A DNA stretch of 64,000 bases, taken from Octopus sinensis (Eukaryota). This document shows positions 36,502-49,919 of this stretch, piece after piece. The notes under the pieces are model-generated. The model was not told where the DNA came from. It did no database searches and worked only from the letters and a program-made list of their open reading frames with translations. Location: assembly GCF_006345805.1 (NCBI RefSeq), contig NC_042998.1, positions 82,832,001 to 82,896,000 of the forward strand, read 5' to 3'. The position numbers were made by a program, and so were the translations under genes. How positions within the stretch are numbered: the first letter of the stretch is position 1; every line of letters begins with the position of its first letter.

Positions 36502-36721
36502 CCCTTACATTACTGTATTTATTTTGAGATGCTTTATGTTTCTTTCAATTACTTTAAATACAACAAAGAATTTAGTAAAATAACTCAGTTATCATTCAGC
36601 TAGTGTTAGAAACATAAATTGTGACTAAGATTTGGTGGAAGATTTTAATTCAAAACTTATGAAAACAAGACATTTGTACTCAGAGCCAGAACTGGTTTCA
36701 ACTGGGTTGGTAACGAAAGGG
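36502..36721. mobile_element. piggyBac-like MITE, second copy
   Basis: TTAA|CCCTTACATTAC...GTAACGAAAGGG|TTAA; matches 824-1044. Confidence 0.8.
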
Positions 36722-37964
36722 TTAAATCTAATGAAATAACCATCAATACCATTTTACAAATAGTAATGAATTATTCTACTCAGTGATACTTTGGAATTAA
36801 ATTAATTTAAGAAACGAAAGATGAGTTAAGCTTTACAATAGGTTCTGTCAATTGATTGGGTATAGTTTTCTTGTGACTGGTGAAATGGTTGTATAACATT
36901 TTGTTCATTTCTCATTAATCTGCAAAGAACTGTTTAATCAATTCTGTGTACTTTGATATGCAACAGTTAAATGCTAAAGATTGTTCATCAATATTGCATG
37001 TTGCATATTGCACTAACAGCCTTAGAATTTTCTATATATTGGATATTGTGGATTGTGGCCTTTGCAAAAAGAAAACATTATGTTTACAAGCCATGATACA
37101 AGCAATTCAGCACTGAGTCAATACACCAAGATACTCTTAACAAAATCAAACAGACCTCCTGGCAATAAGCAATGTATCAGAAAATCAAGTTGACATTGTG
37201 ATTTATATATGAAACCAACATTTGAATATGAAGTCATACACTGAATTTATAGAATTCTGGTATGATTCCCTTCTTCCTGATATGATTCTGTTAAACCAGA
37301 CTGTTAACAATGAACTACATAAATTGCAGTAGCTATGTTACTAATACATCTGTAGATATTGGGATTTTTTAAAAATAACTGAGATATGTATGCTGTTAAG
37401 TAAGGTGCAAAGCTCAGTTAGTTTCACAATAAATCAATAAATATACAACAAATCTATTGAAGGAACAAACAATGTTTTTTCATTCAATTTATCAAATAAA
37501 CTTCATACACACACATACATACATACAACTGTGTATACAAACATACAGAGACAAGCAAGTACAACATTCAATTCCTCCTCCTCCTCTAAAACGCCAAGTA
37601 TATTTCTATATGCCAAGTATTCATTTTATGGACAAATTAGTTTATATTCAGCTTCTTATTTTAACATTGACTTTTGTTTCAGTATCAACTTCCTATTAGA
37701 CCTTTTTTTAGACAACTTGATAGTAATCTTTTGTCTATCGATTTAAATATTTAGGCTTCCAGCATCTATAACAAATAAACAAGGGTTTTTTCCACTGACT
37801 GATAAAATCTGTCTTTTGCTTCTTTACTAATTATGTACAAGTCATGTGTACTTCTACACACTCACACAAAAATTGACACATATGCACAAGCATAGACACA
37901 TGCATACACACACTACCTAGCTACATATATATACATAGACAGGGGAATTCTTCAGGACATTTAC

Positions 37965-38039
37965 CATTAAATGCATACAAAATTCTTATTTCACATTCTG
38001 TCACAATTTTGCTTTGGTAAATTTTTAATACTATCTCTG
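37965..38039 (-). CDS. Candidate internal exon (75 nt, phase 1 to 1)
   Basis: Acceptor ACATTAG/CAG, donor GTAAAT; open frame EIVLKIYQSKIVTECEIRILYAFN. Confidence 0.25.
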
Positions 38040-38714
38040 CTAATGTATTGTGAATAGATTTTGCAAAACACACACACACATATATATATATATATATTAT
38101 ATATATATATATAGCTGGTTTTAAAAGTCATCTGAAGGTTTGTCATTGGAATGATTATGCTGTGTGATGGGGTGTGGTGAGTGTGTTGCTGGGACAGATA
38201 TCATCTGCCAGGATGAAGCAATCATCATATATATATTTTTCATTATTTTTCCTTTTTCTTTTTTCTTTCTTTTCTTTATTCCTCTCTTCTTGTTTTTTCT
38301 TCTTCTTTTATCGTTATTTTTTATTATTTTATTATTTTTCTTCTTATTTTCTTCTCTTTCTTTTCTCTTTTTTCTCTTTTTTCTCTTTCTTTACTCTTTT
38401 TTCTCTTTCTTTATTCCTCTCTTCCTCTTTTCGATTTGACCCTACTAATACATTCCCTACTTTTAGGCCACTTTAAATAAAACCCTTGATTCAATAACAC
38501 TGTGTATAAACTCTATACATGGAATGACCAATTTTAAATACTATTGGATTTTATTCATAAGGTATTGGAATCTTATATGTATACCATTCTGTCTAAATAA
38601 TGGATCTACAAAGACAATATCCCTGCATATCTCACATCTATTTTCATTCCTCTACCTCACTCTCTATTTCATATCTTATCTAAATTAACTATTGCTTAAC
38701 CATCTTCTCGCACT

Positions 38715-38759
38715 GTCTCTGAAGGGATATCATAAATATCCTAGAAACAGCCGTAAGAC
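38715..38759 (+). ncRNA. Hammerhead-like relic in a PLE-like 3' region (about 38470-38810)
   Basis: GTCT-CTGAAG-GGATAT(CATAA)ATATCC-TA-GAAACAGCCGTA-AGAC. Confidence 0.45.
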
Positions 38760-39002
38760 CGTCTATTTATAAATGTTCTAAAATCTACACAGCCTCGGTT
38801 TGTTATCTTATTATGAAAAAAAATTTTATATATATATATATCTCATCATCATCATCGTTGTTTAACATCTATTTTCCAGGCTGGGAGGGTTAGACAGTTT
38901 GACAGGAGCTAACTCACCAGGGAGCTGTCCAGACCTTTAATTGTCTGTTGTGGCATGGTTTATAAATAAATAAATAAATATATATATATATATATATATA
39001 TA

Positions 39003-39324
39003 TCATCATCATCATCATCATCATCGTTTAACGTCCGTTCTCCATGCTAGCATGGGTTGGACGGTTCGACCGGGGATCTGGGAAGCCAGAAGGCTGCCCC
39101 AGGCTCCGGTCTTATCTGGCAATGTTTCTACAGCTGGATGCCCTTCCTAATGCCAACCACTCAGTGAGTGTAGTGGGTGCTTTTTACGTGCCACCTGCAC
39201 TGGAGCCAGGCGAGGCTGGCATCGGCCACGGTCAGATTGGTGCATTTTACGTGCCACCTGCACGGAAGCCAGTCGAGGCGGCACTGGCTTCGGCCACGAT
39301 TTGGATGGTGCTTTTTACGTGCCA
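39003..39324 (-). mobile_element. SINE family C, young copy
   Basis: CpG-rich; three GGTGCTTTTTACGTGCC repeats. Confidence 0.9.
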
Positions 39325-39854
39325 TATATATATATATGTATATATATGGATTCAGAGAATCATGCAATATCACAGTAAGCTCCCCATTTGGAATTGGCTA
39401 TCAGTCTACATATTAATCAATTACAATATAAAGTAATGTAATGTATCCATGCAAATGAAAATCCAGAAATCAAAGTGATAAATTTTTCAGCAACAAGTAA
39501 GCAGTGCATGACGTCAAGAGCCAATTTTCTAAAGCTATTTTCATAGTTATTCTCCTGTATTTGAGGCTTTCTTAGTTTCTAAAAACATGTCACCCATTCA
39601 ACACTTCAATGTTTGTTTATAAAAAAGTACTCAGATTTCAAAAAGCTATTATTTAGCATTATAAAGGACAATATATGTTGTCAGGAGTCATTTAACTCAA
39701 TAGTACAAGTGCTCAACCAGAATTTGCAAGGCACAATTTTTTTCTATTTATAGGGGTACTTTATTTGATTTTCTAAAGCTGTTTACACAGCTGTTCTCCT
39801 ACATTCAAGATTTTCTTGGGATCCCCTTCAATCCCATTGCATTTCAGGGAGTCT

Positions 39855-40414
39855 ATTTTTCATAAATTCCTGATGTTTAATGTACCTGCACATCTGCCAC
39901 ATGTAAAGACTACTTTCTCTGTAAGTCTTCCAGTGATACCACTGCACCTCTTATGTGTCCATAGCTGATTACACCATATGGAGTTTCTTCTGACACCTTT
40001 TTTACATACTGAGCAGGGCCATCTCCCTGAAAGGATCTGTGATTTATCTGTTTTCCTATTTATCAAGACTTTAGTCTTTGCTAAATTAACTCTAAGGCCC
40101 TCTGATTCCAGTCCATGCTTCATACCAGAAATTTCTTCTCTATTTCTGATAGTGATTCAGTAATAAGAATGAGGTCATTAGCATAGAGAAGCTCCCAAGG
40201 GCCTCCAGTCTTAAATTCCTCGGTTATAGCTTGGAGGATCATGATAAACAAGAGGGGGCTAAGAACCGATCCTTGGTGGACACCTACTTGTACACTAAAC
40301 TCCTTGCTATACTTATTGGTGACTTCACCTTACTGAGAGCATCCTTATACATGGCTTGTACAGCTCCCACCAACCACTCGTCTATCCCTAGCTTCTACAT
40401 TGCCCACCACATGT
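39855..40414 (-). pseudogene. RTE-clade LINE RT fragment
   Basis: LGIDEWLV, VGVHQGSVLSPLLFI, PWELLYANDL, GLRVNLAKTKVL, WPCSVCKKGVRRNSI..C..WTHKRCS. Confidence 0.9.
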
Positions 40415-40640
40415 AAAAAGTACCTGTGCCAGTGCCACATAAAGAGCGCCTGTACCGGTGCCATATAAAAGGCACCCAGTACACTTTGTAAAGTGGTTAG
40501 CATTAGGTGGGGCATCCAGCCACAGAAACCAAGCCAAAACAGATAACTAGAGCTTGGTGCAGCTCTCCAGCTTGCCAGCTCCTATCAAACCATCCAGCCC
40601 ATGCCAGCATGGAAAATAGATGTTAAATGATGACAATGAC
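40414..40640 (+). mobile_element. SINE family C copy
   Basis: Family 3' end. Confidence 0.7.
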
Positions 40641-40644
40641 ACAC

Positions 40645-41148
40645 ATATTGGCTTCAAACTTTGGCACAAGGCCAGCAATTTTGAGGGAGGAGTAGGTCAA
40701 TTACATTGTTGAACTGGTGAGTACATTACCTACCCGCAAAAGGATGAAAGGCAAAGTTGACTCTGGTGGAATTTGAACTCAGAACATAAAGACAGATGAA
40801 ATGCCACCAAGCATTTTGCCTGGTGTGCTAAAGATCTTGCCAACTCACTGCCTTCATGCACACATTACATATTAGTAGATATTCCATTCAATATCTGCTA
40901 TATATCAATATTTAATTATTCCTTAGTATTAAGGTGGTGAACTGGCAGAAATATTAGCAAGCCGGGTGAAATTCTTTGCAGTATTTCATCTGTCTTTATG
41001 TTCTGAGTTCAAAATCCGCTGAGGTTGACTTTGCCTTTCATCCTTTCGGGGTTGATAAATTAAGTACCAGTTGACTGAGGTCAATCTAATCAACTGGCCC
41101 CCTCCCCAAAACATTCGGTCTTTGTGTCTAGAATAAAAAAGATTATTC
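40645..41148. mobile_element. Two oppositely oriented SINE family B copies (40645-40856 minus, 40930-41148 plus)
   Basis: Head-to-head, about 75 bp apart. Confidence 0.8.
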
Positions 41149-41444
41149 CCCAGTATATCTAAATGCATAATTGTACAGATATTTGCATAGCTCTGTTTTT
41201 AAAATATTCAGCACTTTATGACTATTCTTTTATATATCATAGATACAGCAATTCATATATTACTCAATATAACTCAAATATTTATCAGCTCCTTTCCAAA
41301 AACTCTATGTACCTCAAGGTGTTGTGCTATTTACAGTTATTCCTAGGAGAGAATTTACAAGTTCATAGTCCACCTGAGTATTTTTTCTTTTGGTCATCCA
41401 TAGTTTCTTATCTTCATCTTTTTCGTAAACTTTTTTTCCCTGGC

Positions 41445-41690
41445 AGCACTGGCAACGATCACACTTGAATCTTGTTTTTCATGTGCCTGTGCTAGTAAGG
41501 CAATGCTGGCAATGATCACACTCGAATGGTGTGTTTTATGTGCCACCAGCAGAGGAGCCAGTCAGCGGCCCTGGCAACAATCACGCTCAGTTAGTGCTTT
41601 TAACGTTCCACTGGCATGAGTTCCAATCAGGCAGTACTGTCATCGGCCATGTCAGTGACTTTGATTTCACTTGCCTCAACAGGTATTGGT
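41445..41690 (-). mobile_element. SINE family C 5'/internal part
   Basis: GCACTGGCAACGATCACAC repeats. Confidence 0.55.
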
Positions 41691-41817
41691 TCCATCTATC
41701 TATATATATATAGCTCTGATATTTTGAATTTAATACTTTGTGGTGATTCATTTACATATTGGGAAGATACATGACTGTGTGTATTACAAGGTATAATCAA
41801 AATATATACATATGTAT

Positions 41818-42210
41818 ATAGGCACAGGAGTGGGAAGAAGCTCGCTTCCCAATCACATGGTTCTGGGTTCAGTCCTACTGTGTGACAAATTTGGCAAGTG
41901 TCTTCTACTATAGCTTCAGGCTGACCAAAGCCTTGTGAGTGGATTTGGTAGATGGAAACTGAAAGAAGCTCATCATATATGTGTTTATGTGCGTGTGTGT
42001 ATGTATTTCTGTATGTGTCTGTGTTTGTCCCCCCACTGTCACTTAACAACCGAGGTTGGCATGTTTACATCCCCATAACTTAGCAGTTTGGCAAAAGCGT
42101 CCGATAGAATAAGTACTAGGTTTATAAAGAATAAGTTCTGGGATTGATTTGTCCAAGTAAACGTGGTGCTCCAGCATGGCCACAACCAAATGACTGAAAC
42201 AAGTAAAAGA
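41818..42210 (+). mobile_element. SINE family A, full length
   Basis: Head through GACTGAAACAAGTAAAAG. Confidence 0.85.
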
Positions 42211-42247
42211 ATGTACATATACACAAATATGTATGCATGCATGTATG

Positions 42248-42300
<53 letters not shown>

Positions 42301-43047
42301 TATATAGTGTACTGTTCCATGATGGTAAGATCAACAAAATAAGTACTCCATCTGGTGAGAGATAAATAATATTTAATAAATACAGTATATGATTTTCATG
42401 TGCTACAATTAGTTTCATGCAATGAAAGCATCTCAAGCAGTATTTTTTAACCGGTCTGGTGGCTTATTGCAATCTTCAGACAATATTCACATGACATAAC
42501 AAGCTAAAAATAGGACGATAGGATGAGAGAAAAAATTAGAAATGGTGAGAAAGAAGTAGATATAAAAGGTGGAAGGTTGTAAAACCAGAAAATGGAAAAA
42601 AAATTGTAAAATAGCAAAAAGGGGAAGGATTAGAGATATGTCCCCTTCAACCATAAAATAAATATAAGGCCTACTTATATATCCAGACACACTGAGGCTG
42701 TGAGATTCCTGCCCAGCCAAGCTGTCAAAGAAATTCCCCTTTCTGATAGAACTGTTGTTGCTAAGGAACTGATATTTTCTGACAATATTCCTTTTACAAC
42801 ACCATGTGACCTACCTTGACCACTAGCAGCCTAGCTTCTGATATTCATCTTGTAATCCCCATACCTCTTCATTCAACAATCCAATATAAAGATAGGTTTC
42901 TTTATCTTGGTCTTATTTTATTCAAATGTAGCCTGTTGACTGCTTCTCCCTTCAGCATCCTCCTCCAACCAATTTCTTATATACTTATGTGATAATATGT
43001 AGCCTTGTATGGTATTAATATATATATATATATATATATATATAAAG

Positions 43048-43340
43048 ATGACTGGCTTGCCAGTGCCGCCAGAGTGGCTCCTGTGCAGGTAGCACATAAA
43101 ATACACCATTTGAGCATGGCCAATGCTAGTACCACCTGACTAGCCCTCATGCCGATGGCATGTAAAAGCATCCACTACGCTCTCAGAGTGATTAGTGTTA
43201 GGAAGGGCATCCAGCTGTAGAAACTTTGCCAGATCAGATTGGAGCCTGATGCAGCCTTCTGGCTCGCCAGCCCACAGTCAAACCGTCCAATCTATGCCAG
43301 CATGGAAAGCAGTCGCTAAACAACGACAATGATGATGATA
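43048..43340 (+). mobile_element. SINE family C copy
   Basis: Family 3' end. Confidence 0.8.
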
Positions 43341-43362
43341 TATGCATATGTGTATACATACA

Positions 43363-43399
<37 letters not shown>

Positions 43400-43624
43400 G
43401 AAAAATAGGATAAAATCTTTATAAGAATTTATCAAGTAGTTAGCGTGAAAAACCTAATAAGGGAAAAATCCATCAATTATTCCTCTTAAATATATTTACA
43501 TATACTAAGAGCATTACTATACATAAATGCTTCACACTAGGAGGGACTCTTAAAGTCAAAACTACCATAATAAATAAACACATTGTACCGAATTATATAA
43601 AAGTATATATATATATGTACCGAA

Positions 43625-43696
<72 letters not shown>

Positions 43697-44003
43697 AAAT
43701 ACAAAATGGGACAAGAATGCAAAACATCCAGACAACTAGTTGATACGAAAGAGGACAACAAAACATCCAGATAGACGATACAAAGAAAACACGGACAGGT
43801 CATTCGAAGCTTTTTATTTTCAGTCAAGAACCGGATCATCCTCGCAATTTCGGCTAATTAATCTTGAGATTGCTCCAATCTGGCCAGCCACAAGGAAAAA
43901 CTAAGCTAAGAGCATTAGATTCCTTGGAAAAAAGCCTCGAATGTATACGAAACAAGGATGGAAAAACAAACTATGTTACACGAATATAAATACAATAAAA
44001 AAC

Positions 44004-44038
<35 letters not shown>

Positions 44039-44494
44039 CAGGACATAACAACAGGCATCTTTCGACTGGGAATGAATTGAATTCAGCTGGTGTGTATGGA
44101 AATGAAGCCTTACGGTAGAGGAAAGAGTATCGATGTGGCAGTGACCACAGTCAAACGCAAAAGGGCTAGCAGTCTGCCAATGGTCATGTGAGAAGAGAAG
44201 AGAGAGAAAAAGAGAAACAAAGGAAGTAAGGAGGGGAGAAGAGAGAGAGAGAGCGAGAGAGAGTGTGTATAGTAGCTAGATGGAAGAATCAAGGAGTGGC
44301 GAGAAAAAAAAAAGAGAGACAGGGACATAGTGAAGTGCAAAGTGAGTAAGAAAGGCAAAGAAATGTGAGAGAGGGTGGGGAGAAAGATTTGAAAAAATCG
44401 TACAAAATTTAATGAAATGTGTATTATATATATAGATATATATAAAATACTTATTTACACACACACACAAACACACAAGTACAAAAGCACTCAC

Positions 44495-44546
44495 ACGTTT
44501 TTTTTCTAATAATGTTTGCTCTTATGCCATAGAAACTTTCAGCTTT
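44495..44546 (-). CDS. Candidate internal exon (52 nt, phase 0 to 1)
   Basis: Acceptor GATTTTTCAG, donor GTGAGT; only one open frame, KAESFYGIRANIIRKKT. Confidence 0.25.
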
Positions 44547-45417
44547 CTGAAAAATCATGCAATTTGAATTCCCTTAACCTCATCACATCATCTTCTGTGT
44601 GTTTTAGATCTATGTAAGTATCCCTTAAATTCAGTTGTGTTTGTACTTGTGAGAGCTGCATGAGAATAGCTCTGCATACAATGATGGCAACTGTATCAAC
44701 AACTCTCATTGTTTACTGAGCAGAACCCTTCAGACACAGCAAGTTAGCTTCTAGCTTAGGAATTATAAGTTACATAGCCAACAGAATTTGTCTGTTTGCA
44801 TGTCAGGCAATATTCCAAAAATGGAAACAAGAGATGACACATACAGATATTGTAATTCAGTACCATATTTTTGTTTTGTTTGTATGTTTTTATTTTTATT
44901 TATTTTTATATATTTTTATAAGATTTACACATAACTATGTTAAATGATATTTTACCCAATTCATTTTCCTACATCTGTAAACTTCTTTATCTATCATTCC
45001 TAAAAATAAAACTAGTGAAACAAGTCTCTATACTACTGTTTAATCTTCTAGAAAAGGCAGCTAAATCTTTCTTAAATCATACCCTAACATTTTTAAAAAG
45101 TAGAAGGATACCTTTGAGATAGAAAATGATATAGTCATCAAAACTACAATTTTTTTAATATCTATTTTAATGACTTCAGTTCTTAAAGATTCGTAACATT
45201 TGTGTATCAGACATTTCTTCCAGCTCTTTATGTTCTGATCTCAAACCCTGCCCAAGTCAACTTTGTCTTTCATCCTTTAGCGGGTTAATAAAATAAATAC
45301 TAGTGTTGTTGCAATGGAGTTCCTCCCTCCTTTCAAATTATTTATTTCTCCCAAAAGTCAGTGATTTGACAGATTCCTATGGGTATCAGACAAATACTTT
45401 GCAATATTTATTTCAGC

Positions 45418-45600
45418 TTTAAAGTGGCAAGCTGGCAGAACTGTTAGCATGTCAAGCAAAGTGCTTAGTAGCATTTCATCCAGTTTTATGTTCTGAGTTC
45501 AAATTCCACCGAGATCAACGTTGTCGCTCATCCATTTTGGGTCAATGTTGTTGAGTTATCCACTCCCCCAAAATTGTTGGCCTTGTGGTAAAATTTGAAA
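45418..45600 (+). mobile_element. SINE family B copy
   Basis: AAGTGGCAAGCTGGCAGAAC...GAGTTCAAATTCCACCGAG. Confidence 0.7.
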
Positions 45601-45734
45601 TCATTATTTATCCCAGTTCTTTGAATCTTGATTTCAGTTCCTGCCAAGGTCAAACTTTTACATCTTTCTAGGCTCAATAAAATAGAGTAGTAGCTGAGAA
45701 TTGGGATTGTCTGTGTCAACTAACTTGCCCACCC

Positions 45735-46150
45735 TTCAAAATTGTGAGCCTTGATTGCACAAATGATGTTGGCATCAATTTTAAAATCCACCCAAGACTT
45801 GGCCCCCATGCTATCTGCCCACTACAAAAATTGAACTTGGTACACATGACAACATTATACCACAACTACTTTACCTCAACTGGTTCAGCTTTCTTTAATA
45901 CCATACCAAAATACATCAAAACAGAAACAGATCCCATAAAATTCAAAAGTTCACTAGACAAATTTCTTCAAAAAATCCCAGATCAACCTCCTACACCCGG
46001 ATATGTCTCCAACAATAATAAATCTTTGCTGGAGTGGGCTATGGTGCCCTATATATGACTAAAAGACTTCACCAGGTGGTGCTAATAAGTTAGACCTGGC
46101 CTGGGCCTAAACTGGCCGAAACCTATCGAAGTTATCAAAGTTAAGTTATT
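45735..46150 (+). mobile_element. 3' fragment of the same CR1-group LINE family as 17880-19345
   Basis: NDVGINFKIHPRLGP...LDKFLQKIPDQPPTPGY...LLEWAMVP; matching 3' UTR. Confidence 0.9.
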
Positions 46151-46904
46151 ACTAGTTTCTTCCAAAAATAGTTTCTTTATTTTCATAACTGGCCAGAAAA
46201 ACTACATCTGTGTAGAAATGTTCAATGAAATCAGAAGATATCAAACCTAAAAGATATGATCTGCACAATTAGTCCTGGCCCAGGGTTAAATGACATCAAT
46301 ATTGAAATGTATGAGAATGTATTTTAATACAGAAAGTAGAATATATATTGGTAAATAAAATACATAAATATATGAGTAAAAGTGTTTAAAGGATTCAACA
46401 TGTTAACAGAATGTACATGTAATCTCTCTCTCTCCCCTCTCTCTCTCTCTCATACTTTAGAATCTTTGTAAAGGAGTTTTTAACTCAAAATATCAAGCCT
46501 ATTAAAATATTTCTAAGATAATATTTCAGTATCTTTGTCCATCATTTCTTTTCTTTTTTTATATAACAATGATTGCCTTAAAAAAATATATGGGTTTGAT
46601 ATTATATAAGGTTTGTACTTTATATAAAGTATTTTAGGAAAAATATGAAAACATTGGATTGACAGAATTATTAGGGTGCCTCATAAAACTGCTTTGATAT
46701 ATTTGTTCTGCCTTTATATTCCAAGTCCAAATATCTACATTTGCATTTCCTCATTCTGGGGACCATATAATTGACAAACCCCTACCCCCAAAATTTAAAA
46801 CTTTGTACCTATGTTAAAAACGGTTATTAGGAAAATGGTAACTAATTGGATGGGGGGGAGATGGATGAGTAGAGAGGACTAAATACTTTTCAATATTAAA
46901 GTCT

Positions 46905-47985
46905 CTTAAGGTGTCAAGCTGGCAGAATCATTAGCATGCCAAGTAAAATGCTTAGTGGCATTACGTCTGTCCTTATGCTCTGAGTTCAAATTCTGCTGAG
47001 GTCAAATTTGCCTTTTATCCTTTCAGGGCCAATAAAATAGATACCAGTTGAACACTGGGGGTGGATGTAATTAACTTATCCTCTCCCATGAAATTGCTGG
47101 CCTTGAGCCAAAATTTGAAATCAAAATTAAGGTCACTTTTTATTCCAAGTTCAAATCATGCTGAGGTCAGGTTTGCCTTGCATCGTTTTCAGATCAATGA
47201 CATAAAATAAATAAAAATAAATCAACTACTGAAGTCAGTTAACTTAGTCCTGTTGTTCTCCAAAATCTGTAGCTGTGTGGGAATATTGGCGTCAAGTTTT
47301 GGTGCACAAGGCCAGCAATTTCAGGGGAGAGGTTACGTCAATTACATCAACGCCAGTATTCAACTGGTAATTACTGTATTGACCCCAGATGGACGAAAGG
47401 CAAAAGCAGGATTTCTACTTAGAACATAAAGACAGATGAAATACTGCTCTGCATTTTGCTCAACATGATAACAATTCTGCCTTCTTGCTACCATTTACTG
47501 TGTGAGAATATAAGAAATAATTCTTTATAAGGTGGAAGTTCTTTACTTCTTTAATTGACTTCAACCAGCATTGTTCAGGAGTGAATATGAATTGATTAAA
47601 GTGGGTTTTAAAATGTTGAAGGTTAATATACAGCAAGAATGCACAGAAAAAAAAATAGAAACTGCACCAAGCAGTATGCTTTAGGATGCATTGAAAACAC
47701 AATATAAATAGGGAGGAAACCAATAGCAAGTCCAGTTTCAGTAACAATAGAAAAAAAACATTAATGTGTGAAGTGAGGGTCTAAGGTGGTAAGGCTGACA
47801 AAATTGTTACTATTTAGCAGCATTTTTTTCCAAATTTGCATTCTGAGTTCAAATACTGTTGAGGTCAACTTTGCTTTTCATCTTCTCGGGGTCGATAAAA
47901 TAAGTACCATTTGAACACTGAGATGAGTGTAATCGATTTACTCTTCTTTCAACATCGTTGGCTAGTGCCAAAATTTGAAACAAAC
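46905..47985. mobile_element. Cluster of SINE family B copies (46905-47125 plus, 47285-47495 minus, 47780-47985 plus)
   Basis: Family head and core motifs in each copy. Confidence 0.7.
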
Positions 47986-48179
47986 ATGAATTTTGCATAA
48001 AGATTGACAAAGATATGATGGTACAAAATTTTGAAGGAAAAATAGCACAAAGACAAGCCTGCAGATTAAATTTCACCTTAGAAGTTCTTGATATAAAAAT
48101 AGATGCACTGGTAGCTGGGTGGAGGGATGGGTAGATGTGTAGATGGATGGATGTTATATTTGATGAACAAATACATTAC

Positions 48180-48391
48180 ATCAAAAGTAGATGACTGCTG
48201 CTGTGTGTATTCTTGATCAATAACTCTGTTTACATTGCTCCAAATACTATAGATGACACCACTAACCACTGTAAACAGTAAATGCACTGTGGATTTGATG
48301 ATTTGTGATGATAAAATGCTTGATTCAGTTTGTCTTTGAAGAGAAGCTGCTAGTGACATGCGTCCTATTATCGATAAGAGACTTGCTTCTT
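48180..48391 (-). CDS. Best candidate host-gene exon (212 nt, phase 1 to 0), protein unidentified
   Basis: Acceptor TTTGTCAATTTAG, donor GTAATG; 70 open codons EASLLSIIGRMSLAASLQRQTESSILSSQIIKSTVHLLFTVVSGVIYSIWSNVNRVIDQEYTQQQSSTFD with A/T-ending codon bias; not repeat-derived as far as I can see. Confidence 0.4.
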
Positions 48392-48924
48392 CTAAATTGA
48401 CAAAGATATTATATCACAATATTTTGGTTTATAATAATAATGGGTTTTCAATTCAAAGAGAATATATTTATATTTGGAGAAGAAAGAAGACAAAAATCTC
48501 AAAAGTGAAAGGTTAACAAATAAACACAAATATCAAAGGTAATGTTCTCAGTCCAAGCTAATTACCAGAACATTATTGTTATGGAAGAAATTAAAATAAA
48601 ATCAAAGCATTGTGCTGAGGTACCACCTAAAGTCGACTCCTCTTCCTCTGAAGGCATATTTATTACTATTATCATTGTTTACGCTTTTCTACAATAACCA
48701 ATCATGTTTGTGTCACTTTGGCCTTCTGCTATTGATATTTATTTACTGATCACAGAATAATAATGATAACATTTCAACTATAATAGAATTCAGACTCAGA
48801 AAATGCACCAAACTACTTTTTTGTTTGTTGTTAAACAAGAGTGTTATTTTTTTTTCCTGGCATTTTCCAGTAAGCTTCCTTTTTATACTTTGCAAATAAA
48901 TAGCAGTTTCTAATTTAGAGACAA

Positions 48925-49425
48925 ACGTCCTGCTGTTTTGAGGGTCGGCATTAGTTGATCACATCAACCCTAGTACTTAGCTGGTACATTACTTCAGTCA
49001 GCCTCAAAAGGATGAAAGGCAAAGTTGATCTTGGTGTGATTTGAAATCAGAGCATAATGAGCTAAAAGAAATACCACAATGCAATTTTCCATTGCTCTAA
49101 TGAAACATTCTGCTATCTTTACAAGGAAATAACGACCTCAATATTCATCTCTAAGAAACAAAATTTAACATCCAATATTCTTTTTCTCAATATATCTATT
49201 TTCTAGGCTGGCAAGCTGACAGAATCATTAGCATGCTGGGCAAAATTCTTAGCAGCATTTTGTCCATTTTTATGTTTTGAGTTCAAATGTCACCAGGATT
49301 GACTTTGTCTTTTATCCTATCAAGGTCAATAAAATAAGCACCAGTTGAGCACCAGAGTCAATACAATCGACTTTCCCCTTCCCACAAAATTGCTGGCATT
49401 GTGCCAAACTTTGAAACCAGCATAC
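48925..49425. mobile_element. Opposite-orientation SINE family B pair (48925-49100 minus, 49205-49425 plus)
   Basis: Family core motifs. Confidence 0.65.
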
Positions 49426-49919
49426 CAGTATTCTACTTTACCTATTTCAGATTCATTATTGCATATTTTTGAAAAAGAATTTATAAATTTATAAATTTGC
49501 CTCAAGGGCAGAATTTTGAGAGAAAGAATAAAGCTTTTTCAATGAACCCCATTATTTAACCAGAACGTATTTTATTGACAACCTCAGACAACAGACTCAA
49601 ACATTTAACAGATTTTATTATTGTTTAAACTGTGTTGGTCTTTTACAAATAAAAAACAGTAATAATTACATACTGGGAGAGATATACTGCTTGAAGTTTA
49701 AGTCAAGCTTACTGGTACAGCAACATGCGGCAGGTCAAACATTAGCTTGAAACAATTTTGTTATATTCCTGGTGATGGAGATTCTTGTCATTTATCTGCC
49801 ATCTATTTTAACCGTTTTCCTGGGTCATCTGGTTGTGGCAAGAATGCAGACACATCACACAGTTACCTCAACATTTTGCATTGCAAGTGGCAAGATGTGA
49901 GAATGAGTCAGCTGCTCTC

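Noticed and set aside
42690-42830. Stretch open on both strands (minus: AASGQGRSHGVVKGILSENISSLATTVLSERGISLTAWLGRNLTAS)
   Set aside because: Weak splice sites and ambiguous strand; kept only as a place to check in RNA-seq
44598-44620. Plus-strand 6-nt microexon pattern TTTTAG-ATCTAT-GTAAGT
   Set aside because: Short motifs of this kind arise by chance in AT-rich DNA, and no supporting plus-strand gene was found
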